From Fidelibacterota bacterium (GTDB taxonomy: Bacteria > Fidelibacterota > Marinisomatia > Marinisomatales > TCS56): 18,874 nt of DNA. The notes under the pieces were generated by a model. That model saw nothing but the letters and a program-made list of their open reading frames with translations. It ran no database searches and was not told the origin of the DNA. A program made the position numbers and the translations under genes. Location of the stretch: positions 1 to 18,874 of the forward strand of contig JBDRBK010000091.1 in assembly GCA_043822705.1 (NCBI GenBank), in the 5' to 3' direction. Positions 9,978 through 17,620 of this stretch are shown in pieces (the stretch's first letter is position 1; every line of letters starts with the position of its first letter).

Positions 9978-11848
9978 CAAGCTCTTTTTGTCATAAACAC
10001 GGACAACACGGCAACATCGGCCGGCGAAACGCCGGATATGCGCATGGCCTGTCCGAGTGTTTCCGGCTTTATTTTTATTAATTTTTCGCGCCCTTCGTTG
10101 GAGAGGGCGTTGATCGTCCGATAGTCAAGGTATTCAGGAATTCGACAGGTTTCCTGCTGAGTCATTTTTTCAACCTGTCGGCGCTGCCGAACAATATAGC
10201 CGGAATATTTGATTTCTGTTTCAGCCTCTATCCGGAGCTCTTCCAGAATGCCGGCGGGAAAGCCATTGACAATGATCCCGGAAAAGAGCCGCGCCGGCAA
10301 GTGATTGATTGAAAGGGCGGGCCGCTTTAGCAAATCCAACGCCTTCGTGCTCTCGTGCAGGGGTGGATCATCCAGAATGTTCAAGGTCGGGTTCATTTCT
10401 GCGGGAGTGACTGGTTTTTCCAGCGCCGACCGGTATTGATCGGTGAAATCAAGTTTGCGCAGCAACCGGGAGTATAAGTCGCTTTGAATCAATCCGCTCG
10501 AAAAAGCCTTTTCTGTCAGCCGGCGATCGGCATTGGAGTAACGTAATAGCAATCGGTACTCGGCCCGCGAGGTGAACATCCTATATGGCTCCAGAGTGTC
10601 TTTTGTAATCAGATCGTCGATCAGCACACCGATATAGGCTTCTTCACGGCCCAGAACCAGGGGCTCCTCGTCGCGCAGGTACTTAACGGTATTGGCGCCG
10701 GCAACTAATCCCTGGGCGGCCGCTTCTTCATAGCCGGAAGTTCCATTGATTTGACCGGCCATAAATAACCCGGGTATCAACTTGGACTCGAGCGACGCTT
10801 TGAGTTGTGAAGGCGGAAAAAAATCATACTCGATGGCATACCCGGGACGGAAAAACTCGACTCGTTCCAGTCCCGGCACCAGCCGCAAGGCCGCCAATTG
10901 TACATCTTCCGGCAGACTGGTTGAGAACCCGTTGGCGTAGATTTGTTCCGACCCAACCCACTCCGGCTCCAAAAAAAGGGTGTGGGAACTGTGATGGGCA
11001 AAGCGAAATATTTTATCTTCAATAGATGGACAATAACGGGGGCCAACGCCTCCGATATCACCAGAGAACAGTGGCGCCACAGATATATTATCTTTGATCA
11101 GCGAGTGACTCGCGGGGTTGGTACGAACGGTGTGGCAGGGCAAGTTGGGCGGGGCAAATACTTGTGTGCGGTATGAAAACGGCGTTGGTTTTAGATCGCC
11201 GTAAACCGGGTCCGTCCGGGACCAGTTAATTGTAGCACCGATTAGCCGAGGCGGCGTTCCGGTTTTAAGTCGTCCGGCATTAAAACCAAGGGCGATCAAT
11301 TCTTTGGTTATGCCACGGACCATTGCTTCGCCCATGCGGCCTGCCCGAACTTTACGATTGCCGATGTGAATTAATCCGTTCAGGAAGGTGCCGCAAGTCA
11401 AAACCACAGCACCGGCCGCGATGGTCTCTCCGCTATCAAGAACGACCCCGGATAGTTTGCCGGAGGCAACCAGCAGACTAACCACTTCGCCCTCCGCGAT
11501 GGTTATCCCCGGATGATCTTTCAGCGCCCTGCGCACCAACTTTTCATAGCTGCGTTTATCGATTTGAGCGCGCGGTGACCAGACAGAACGGCCTTTTGAC
11601 CGGTTAAGGATCTTAAACTGAATTCCGGCTTGGTCGGCGGCCAGACCCATGATACCACCAAGGACGTCAATTTCGCGAACCATCTGTCCTTTAGCCAAAC
11701 CACCAATTGCAGGATTGCAGGAAGCGCGACCGATGGCGCGAGCATCTTGCGTTACCAGCACTACGGTTGAATTTAGACGAGCAACAGCTAATGCCGCCTC
11801 GATGCCGGCGTGCCCGCCGCCGACTACAACAACATCATACCGGCGCAT
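9977..11848 (-). CDS. mnmG: tRNA uridine-5-carboxymethylaminomethyl(34) synthesis enzyme MnmG (GidA)
   Basis: 623 aa; FAD motif VVGGGHAGIEAA, SCNPAIGGLAKG, RLKTGTPPR, GPRYCPSIEDK, AGQINGTSGYEEAAAQG, PYRMFTSRAEYRL. Confidence 0.97.
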   Translation of the reverse strand: MRRYDVVVVGGGHAGIEAALAVARLNSTVVLVTQDARAIGRASCNPAIGGLAKGQMVREIDVLGGIMGLAADQAGIQFKILNRSKGRSVWSPRAQIDKRSYEKLVRRALKDHPGITIAEGEVVSLLVASGKLSGVVLDSGETIAAGAVVLTCGTFLNGLIHIGNRKVRAGRMGEAMVRGITKELIALGFNAGRLKTGTPPRLIGATINWSRTDPVYGDLKPTPFSYRTQVFAPPNLPCHTVRTNPASHSLIKDNISVAPLFSGDIGGVGPRYCPSIEDKIFRFAHHSSHTLFLEPEWVGSEQIYANGFSTSLPEDVQLAALRLVPGLERVEFFRPGYAIEYDFFPPSQLKASLESKLIPGLFMAGQINGTSGYEEAAAQGLVAGANTVKYLRDEEPLVLGREEAYIGVLIDDLITKDTLEPYRMFTSRAEYRLLLRYSNADRRLTEKAFSSGLIQSDLYSRLLRKLDFTDQYRSALEKPVTPAEMNPTLNILDDPPLHESTKALDLLKRPALSINHLPARLFSGIIVNGFPAGILEELRIEAETEIKYSGYIVRQRRQVEKMTQQETCRIPEYLDYRTINALSNEGREKLIKIKPETLGQAMRISGVSPADVAVLSVFMTKRA

Positions 11849-11850
11849 GA

Positions 11851-11866
11851 CGTTCCACGTGAAACA
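11851..11866. other. parS centromere-like site (ParB binding)
   Basis: CGTTCCACGTGAAACA, 15/16 match to TGTTNCACGTGAAACA; fills most of the 24-bp mnmE-mnmG spacer. Confidence 0.85.
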
Positions 11867-11872
11867 GCGGGT

Positions 11873-13228
11873 TCATTTCCCGACGCAAAACGCGCCAAAA
11901 ATCCGATTTAAAATTTCATCAGCGGTCGTTTTACCCAATAGTTTATCGATGGCGTCTATGGATTCGCGAAGCTCGAGCGCCACGAGTTCAAATTCAGTCT
12001 TCGCGGACGTCATTAAAAGGGCAGCAGAATCCAACGTTGTTCGACATTTATCGAGGGCTTGATGCTGCCGGGCGGTGGTTAACATTACTTCTGATGCAGG
12101 CCCACTGGATATATTTAGGGCTGCTTTTATCCGTGACCTTAAAACATCGAGGCCCGCGCCTTCCTTGGCCGATATATAGACAGCGTCACGAGCAATGTTA
12201 TAATTTGGCGACTTATCTGGCAGCTTATCGATTTTGTTGTTCACCACAATAACCTGAACATTTCCGGGATTATTAAATGCTGGTAGCTGATTGACGTACG
12301 GCGGTTCACAGACCAACAACAGCAGATCTGCGGTATTTATCCGTTGGTGTGTCCGGCGAATTCCTTCTCGTTCAATCTCTTCGGCGTTGGTTCTCAACCC
12401 GGCTGTGTCGATCAGGTTGATCGGCACCCCCTCGATCAACAACGGTACGTCGATCGTATCACGGGTTGTGCCAGGGATTGCGCTTACGATAGCCCGCTCG
12501 CGGGCTGAAAGGGCATTTAACAGAGTGGACTTCCCAACGTTGGGAGCACCAATTATTACGACATCAACCCCTTTTGACAAGATTCGACCTTGTGCATAAG
12601 TTGCCAAAAGCCGATGGATATCAGTTAAAAGGCCGGACAGGATATTTTGCGTTTTTGTTTTTAAACCTGGATTCATCTCGTCTTCGGAAACATCAAGCTC
12701 GAATTCCACTTCTGCCAGCAGAGCAATAATACGATCACGCAAATCAAATAGACGCTCCGAGAGCTGTCCCTGTAGTAACCGCAGGTTCAGGCGACTGCTT
12801 TCAGCTGATTGCGCTCCGATTATCCCGGCAACAGATTCTGCCTGAACAAGATCCAGTTTGCCATTTAAAAAGGCCCGTCTGGTGAACTCTCCCGGCTCGG
12901 CAACACGAGCTCCGAGGCGACACGACTCGGCGATAACGCTTTCAACGATAACCGGATTACCATGACAGGAGACTTCCACCATATCATCGCCGGTATACGA
13001 AAAAGGGGCTTTAAAATAAGTAGCGATAACTTCATCGAAGGGCTGGCCGTCAACATATAAAAAAACGTGGGTGGCCAGTCGCGGCTTGAACGTTAGGGAC
13101 CTGGTGCCGGCGGCGGTAGAAAGCTGTGTGGCAATGTCAAGCGCGCCGGAACCGCTCAGGCGAACCACCGCGATTCCGCTGATTCCGAACGGTGTCGCCG
13201 AGGCAACAATGGTATCGGTAGCTACCAC
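11873..13228 (-). CDS. mnmE: tRNA modification GTPase MnmE (TrmE)
   Basis: 451 aa, GTG start; DTIVASATP, SYTGDD, AEPGEFTRRAFLNGKLDL, G1 GAPNVGKS, G2 GTTRD, G3 DTAG, G4 NKID, C-terminal FCVGK. Confidence 0.97.
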   Translation of the reverse strand: MVATDTIVASATPFGISGIAVVRLSGSGALDIATQLSTAAGTRSLTFKPRLATHVFLYVDGQPFDEVIATYFKAPFSYTGDDMVEVSCHGNPVIVESVIAESCRLGARVAEPGEFTRRAFLNGKLDLVQAESVAGIIGAQSAESSRLNLRLLQGQLSERLFDLRDRIIALLAEVEFELDVSEDEMNPGLKTKTQNILSGLLTDIHRLLATYAQGRILSKGVDVVIIGAPNVGKSTLLNALSARERAIVSAIPGTTRDTIDVPLLIEGVPINLIDTAGLRTNAEEIEREGIRRTHQRINTADLLLLVCEPPYVNQLPAFNNPGNVQVIVVNNKIDKLPDKSPNYNIARDAVYISAKEGAGLDVLRSRIKAALNISSGPASEVMLTTARQHQALDKCRTTLDSAALLMTSAKTEFELVALELRESIDAIDKLLGKTTADEILNRIFGAFCVGK

Positions 13229-13243
13229 TGTTTTAATCCAATT

Positions 13244-14956
13244 CTATTTGAGCCCCTTTTTATGCTTTTGTTTTGGGGGGTTGGGTACGACAACGGCTTG
13301 GTGTTGCTGAGGGGTGAGATATTTTTGTTGAAGAATTGTCAGCACATTGAAAAGGGTGTAGTAAAGATTCAAACCGGAGGGGAAGTTATTAAAAAGTAGC
13401 ATAAAGAAACCGGTCATGAAATATGACATGTATTTCTGTTGGCCGGAAGCCTGGGCGGGCATCATCTTCTGTTGGATGAACATTGAAATTCCCATGACTA
13501 TCGGGAGCACGCTCACCTGGTCACCGTAAATAGGCAAATTGAAGGGCAGGTAAAAAATTGTATCGGGGCTGGACAAGTCTTTTATCCACCAGACAAAATG
13601 CGCACCGCGTAACTCAATTGTGGATCGGAAAACCTGAAAAAGAGCAAACAATAGTGGCATCTGTAACAATAAAGGCAGGCATCCACCCAGAGGGTTTACG
13701 CCATGCTCTTTGTACAGACTCATTGTTTCCTGGTTTAGTTTTTGTGGATTGTTTTTATATTTTTCCTTTAGTTCGTTCACCAGAGGTTGAATTGCCTGCA
13801 TTTCCTTGGTGGACTGATGACTTTTTTTGGTTAGAGGGAAAACCAGTATCTTCACAAGAATCGCAAAGATTATTAATACCACCCCATAATTTGGGATGCT
13901 GTTATGCATTTTTGTCAACAGGTACAGAACGCCTTTGGCGATCGGTCGGATAAACGACCAGCCGAAATTCATTATTCTTTCAAGCCGAACTTCCAATCCC
14001 TTAATACGCTGATATTCCAAGGGACCCAAATAAAGGGAGACGTTGGAGGGTTTGTTGACGTCCTGTGCGACAGAAACAGAATACAAGTTTGTTTTATCTT
14101 TGCCGCCATTAAGAACCACGCCGCCGATAGCGGAAGAAGGAGCACCAAATTCTGGGATTAATGACGCGACAAAATATTTAGTCCGAACTGCCACCCAGTC
14201 GGTTTGCCCGATAAGATGTTCCATTTTGAGTTCAGCCTTGGGTTTGGGGGAGTGCAATTCCCCGGCCTGGTAAACATAACCCTTGAAATAGGTTAGGTCA
14301 TCCCGCTTGTTTTTTTCGGTGCCTGGCAGGCCGCCGGGCCAAAACAGGTTGTAGGTTCCCTGTGAAATGAAATTAGTAAGCGCACCGAGGTTTGTGTGAA
14401 TAATTAGTTGATAAGTGTTATGATTAAAAGTGATTGTTTTTTCAACTTGCTGAGAATTGACTGAGGTGAAAAATCGCAGGCTAATAGAATTATTTTCACC
14501 GATTTTAATCGACGGTTGATAATTATCAATGTGCCAGTAATTATTCAGATCTATTTTTTGTCCGTCAACGGAAGAGACATATGATAGCATTAAATTGTCT
14601 ATATTGTTTTGGTCGATTAACTCAACCAGAGTAGAATCATATGTTTGGTACTGTTTTAAACGAAAAGAAAGCAGTGATCCACCATTTTTATTGGAAACCA
14701 GTGCTTGAAATAAATCGTTTTCGATTGAGGTCAAATATTCTTTTTCTTCAGCAAGACTAATCGCAGTTGTTAATATAGGCGACGGAGGTGTGACAACCGA
14801 CGCTTCAACTTTTTCTCTGGTCGGCGAAACGGGCGGAGGGGCGTATTCTGCGGTTGTTGTGCTAGGCTTTTCCGGCGCTACCAAGTCCATATAAAACGGC
14901 CAAGCGAAAATAACTACGGCAATTAGAAAAAATGCGACAACAGTATTTTTATCCAT
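13244..14956 (-). CDS. yidC: Membrane protein insertase YidC
   Basis: 570 aa; N-terminal TM anchor, large periplasmic domain, LYLGP, NYGVVLIIFAILVK, NPLGGCLPLLLQMP, WIKDLSSPD, FPSGLNLYY. Confidence 0.96.
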   Translation of the reverse strand: MDKNTVVAFFLIAVVIFAWPFYMDLVAPEKPSTTTAEYAPPPVSPTREKVEASVVTPPSPILTTAISLAEEKEYLTSIENDLFQALVSNKNGGSLLSFRLKQYQTYDSTLVELIDQNNIDNLMLSYVSSVDGQKIDLNNYWHIDNYQPSIKIGENNSISLRFFTSVNSQQVEKTITFNHNTYQLIIHTNLGALTNFISQGTYNLFWPGGLPGTEKNKRDDLTYFKGYVYQAGELHSPKPKAELKMEHLIGQTDWVAVRTKYFVASLIPEFGAPSSAIGGVVLNGGKDKTNLYSVSVAQDVNKPSNVSLYLGPLEYQRIKGLEVRLERIMNFGWSFIRPIAKGVLYLLTKMHNSIPNYGVVLIIFAILVKILVFPLTKKSHQSTKEMQAIQPLVNELKEKYKNNPQKLNQETMSLYKEHGVNPLGGCLPLLLQMPLLFALFQVFRSTIELRGAHFVWWIKDLSSPDTIFYLPFNLPIYGDQVSVLPIVMGISMFIQQKMMPAQASGQQKYMSYFMTGFFMLLFNNFPSGLNLYYTLFNVLTILQQKYLTPQQHQAVVVPNPPKQKHKKGLK

Positions 14957-14959
14957 TGG

Positions 14960-15166
14960 TTACAGTGGGTCGTGGCCCCCCGGCTGATAAGGGTGGCACC
15001 TTGATAGTCGTTTGATAGTAAGCCCGGTAGCGCGGAGAAAAGATTTTTTTTGATATGCCTCAAGGGCATATGCACTGCAGGAAGGATAAAACCGGCAGCT
15101 ACTACCAATTACGGGTGATAAAAAATATCGGTAAATACGGATAAACACTGCGGCGAGGAACCGCAG
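14960..15166 (-). CDS. yidD: Membrane protein insertion efficiency factor YidD
   Basis: IRIYRYFLSP..G.SCRFYPSCSAYALEA...RCHPY..GGHDP family motifs; immediately upstream of yidC. Start uncertain: GTG at 15148 (ORF track) or in-frame CTG at 15166. Confidence 0.9.
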   Translation of the reverse strand: MRFLAAVFIRIYRYFLSPVIGSSCRFYPSCSAYALEAYQKKSFLRATGLTIKRLSRCHPYQPGGHDPL

Positions 15167-15210
15167 CGCTTTATCCGAGAACGAGAAGACCGGTACAAAA
15201 ATTTTATTAA

Positions 15211-15345
15211 CTATGCTGATAAAACCTTACGTCCTTTGGCGCGTCTTCGCCGCAAGATGTTTCTTCCTCCGACGGTGGCCATCCGGGCCCGGAAGCCGTG
15301 GCGGTTTTTACGCTTCCTATTGCTAGGTTGAAATGTTCGTTTCAT
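15211..15345 (-). CDS. rpmH: 50S ribosomal protein L34
   Basis: Below the ORF-track size cutoff; translated by hand: [48 protein letters not shown] Shine-Dalgarno (ctcc 15351-15354) lies 5 nt upstream; divergent from dnaA. Confidence 0.97.
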   Translation of the reverse strand: MKRTFQPSNRKRKNRHGFRARMATVGGRNILRRRRAKGRKVLSA

Positions 15346-15498
15346 TTATACTCCGTTTTAAACCAACGAAAATAATAACACCTGGAAATAATAACAATAA
15401 ATTAACAATGTGAAGCCCTAAGCGGCATAAGCAGAAAAAAGACTCTGTGAAATCTGAAAATGTCTTTTGTTCTGAATGTAGCAGGCGGATTAAATTTA

Positions 15499-16884
15499 AT
15501 GCGGGAGATTTGTGGAAAAACTGTGGACAACCAGACCATAACTCACGAAAACATTTGGAATGACATAAAGCAATTCCTGCGGCAGACCCTGCCAGGACAT
15601 GCTTTCAGCACCTGGTTTGCACCAATTGTTCCAATTGCTCTGACCGACGATGAGCTAATTCTTGAAGTCCCGAATCAATTTTTTTTTGAATGGATAGACA
15701 GCCACTATAAATCTCTAATTGACCAGGCTATGGGTAAAAGCCTCCTGCCGGAACTGAAGATCAAATATACAATATCGCCCGACAATGGGAAAATCGGGGT
15801 AGGCGACGCCAGGACGGTCGCAGCGTTTCGACCTAAACAACCGCCGGAACCACCACAATTGAATGCACGGTATAATTTCCCATCGTTTATTGAGGGCTCT
15901 AATAATCAATTTGCTCGCGCGGCGGCTAAATCAGTGGCGGAAAATCCCGGTCAACCTAATTTTAATCCACTTGTGATTTATGGTGGTGTCGGCCTTGGGA
16001 AGACCCATCTTATGCATGCAATCGGCAACCAGATATTACAGGATCATCCGACCTTAAAGCTGATCTGCGCCAGCAGCGAAAAATTCACCCTGGATTTCAT
16101 TTCCTCAATCCAAAAAAACAACACCGTAGAATTTTCGAAAAAATATCGAAGAACAGACGTTTTATTAATAGACGATATACAATTTTTTCAAAATAAAGAG
16201 CAAACGCAGGAACAATTCTTTCACACATTCAACGAACTGTATCAGTCGGGAAAACAGATTGTATTGACCGCGGATCGCTATCCTGGCGAAATGAGCGGAT
16301 TGCAAGACCGCCTATTGTCTCGTTTTCGTTCCGGACTGGCCGTCGACATCCAGCCACCGGATTTTGAAGTGCGTGTGGCAATTTTAATGGAAAAGGCCGA
16401 GCAGAATGGGCTGGACCTGCCGTACGACATTATTGAGTTTATGGCAACACACATTAAAAATAACATTCGCGAACTTGAAAGTACAATTATTCGGATTCTG
16501 GCACACTCTTCGTTGACCAACCGCGAAATTGATATGTCAATCGTTAAGCAAGCCGTAAAAGACCGGCTGGGCAAGCAATTTGTCACTGAATTGACCATCG
16601 AGGATATAATCAAGCGCGTATCGGAAGCGACTAATTTGTCCGAGCGTGATTTAGTTGGTACCTGTCGTAAAAAACCGTTGGTTGAAGCCCGGCAGGTAGC
16701 GGTGTATTTATCTAGGGAAATTCTCGGTACGCCACTCATGGAATTAGGTCTACACTTCGGTGGCCGGGATCACACAACAATCCTTCACGCCTGCAGGAGT
16801 ATTGACCGACGCTTGAAAAATGAGACTAGAATCAAACAACTGGTCACAAAACTTAAACAGGAACTAACGTTTCCCTTGACATGA
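15499..16884 (+). CDS. dnaA: Chromosomal replication initiator DnaA
   Basis: Domain I (FSTWF...LEVPNQFFFEWI), LNARYNFPSFIEGSNNQFA, FNPLVIYGGVGLGKTHL, LLIDDIQF, LLSRFRSGL, NIRELE, domain IV FGGRDHTTILHA. Start uncertain: ATG 15460, ATG 15499 or GTG 15523. Confidence 0.97.
   Translation: MREICGKTVDNQTITHENIWNDIKQFLRQTLPGHAFSTWFAPIVPIALTDDELILEVPNQFFFEWIDSHYKSLIDQAMGKSLLPELKIKYTISPDNGKIGVGDARTVAAFRPKQPPEPPQLNARYNFPSFIEGSNNQFARAAAKSVAENPGQPNFNPLVIYGGVGLGKTHLMHAIGNQILQDHPTLKLICASSEKFTLDFISSIQKNNTVEFSKKYRRTDVLLIDDIQFFQNKEQTQEQFFHTFNELYQSGKQIVLTADRYPGEMSGLQDRLLSRFRSGLAVDIQPPDFEVRVAILMEKAEQNGLDLPYDIIEFMATHIKNNIRELESTIIRILAHSSLTNREIDMSIVKQAVKDRLGKQFVTELTIEDIIKRVSEATNLSERDLVGTCRKKPLVEARQVAVYLSREILGTPLMELGLHFGGRDHTTILHACRSIDRRLKNETRIKQLVTKLKQELTFPLT
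15511..15530 (+). promoter_or_regulatory. Pair of DnaA boxes at the dnaA 5' end (probable autoregulation)
   Basis: TGTGGAAAA 15511-15519 and TGTGGACAA 15522-15530; each has 1 mismatch to TGTGGATAA, same orientation, 11-bp period. Confidence 0.6.
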
Positions 16885-16905
16885 CCCAAAGGCTCGGCGT
16901 ACTAT
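16876..16905 (+). promoter_or_regulatory. sigma70-type promoter of lexA
   Basis: TTGACA 16876-16881 (within the last dnaA codons), 18-bp spacer, TACTAT 16900-16905. Confidence 0.7.
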
Positions 16906-16916
16906 CTATGTACGCC
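16896..16916. promoter_or_regulatory. Perfect inverted repeat over the lexA -10/+1, candidate LexA operator
   Basis: GGCGTAC-TATCTAT-GTACGCC; ends immediately before ATG 16917. Confidence 0.6.
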
Positions 16917-17510
16917 ATGTTCCTTACGAAGAAACAAAACGAAATATTTCATTACCTGAAAGATTATATTCAGGAGAATGGCTTTTCACCGACCTTTGAG
17001 GAAATTGCCAATCGGTTCGGTTTTAAATCCAAGGGAACCGTTTATAAACATATCAATGCTATCAAAATAAAGGGTGGATTAACCCAGGCCAAAAACCGTG
17101 TCCGCGGCATTGAAATAAACATGGAATATGGAAAACGCGGACTGTCGGTTTTGGGTGTAGTCGCTGCCGGGCGACCCATTGAGGCAATCGAGGCTCCGGA
17201 AGAAGTGCTGATTCCGGACGGTTTCTTCCCGGGGCAACGGCATTTTGCCCTGAAAGTTTTGGGCGATTCTATGATTGATCAGCACATTGCCGACGGGGAT
17301 TATGTAATTGTCGATAATTCCAAGCAGCCCACCGACGGCGAAACGGTGGTTGCCATAGTAGACAACCAAGAAGCTACAATTAAAATCCTGCACAGAACAG
17401 CTACACAAGTTGAGCTACATCCGGCGAATAAAGCGATGAGCCCACTGGTGTATGCGCATGACAGAATTTCATTCAATGGTGTCGTAGTTGGAGTCATCCG
17501 CAAATATTGA
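16917..17510 (+). CDS. lexA: SOS repressor LexA
   Basis: wHTH (LTKKQNEIF...GFSPTFEEIANRFGFKSKGTVYKHI), RGIEI, Ala-Gly cleavage site in VAAGRPI, catalytic Ser in GDSM, catalytic Lys in EATIK, GVVVGVIR C-terminus. Start set at ATG 16917 because of family length and promoter position; in-frame ATGs also occur at 16881 and 16908. Confidence 0.93.
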   Translation: MFLTKKQNEIFHYLKDYIQENGFSPTFEEIANRFGFKSKGTVYKHINAIKIKGGLTQAKNRVRGIEINMEYGKRGLSVLGVVAAGRPIEAIEAPEEVLIPDGFFPGQRHFALKVLGDSMIDQHIADGDYVIVDNSKQPTDGETVVAIVDNQEATIKILHRTATQVELHPANKAMSPLVYAHDRISFNGVVVGVIRKY

Positions 17511-17590
17511 TTTTATCGACGGGCGCGGGCGAGGACGCGCCGCTGGAGTTGCGGCGATAAAAAACGAAAAATAATTGGATAATAAACCGC

Positions 17591-17620
17591 TTGACAATGC
17601 GGTTTCGGGGTATGTACTAT
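17591..17620 (+). promoter_or_regulatory. sigma70-type promoter of ssb
   Basis: TTGACA 17591-17596, 18-bp spacer, TACTAT 17615-17620; SD AGGAG 17677-17681 before the ssb ATG. Confidence 0.7.

Noticed and set aside
15109..15198. Short alternative-frame reading after rpmH (TTG start, LYRSSRSRIKRCG...) as an rnpA remnant
   Set aside because: About 29 codons, no RNR motif, and overlaps yidD; the basic residues are not enough evidence.
15460..15498. N-terminal extension of DnaA in the ORF track
   Set aside because: No SD and no similarity to DnaA domain I; a downstream start is more plausible.
4702..16899. CTCGGCG next to both proposed inversion breakpoints (4702-4708 and 16893-16899)
   Set aside because: Only 7 bp and in direct orientation, so it cannot explain an inversion; expected by chance.
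16881..16916. lexA start at 16881 (ATGA overlap with dnaA) or at 16908
   Set aside because: Both lie upstream of the predicted transcription start and add a non-family extension; use on dnaA read-through transcripts cannot be excluded.
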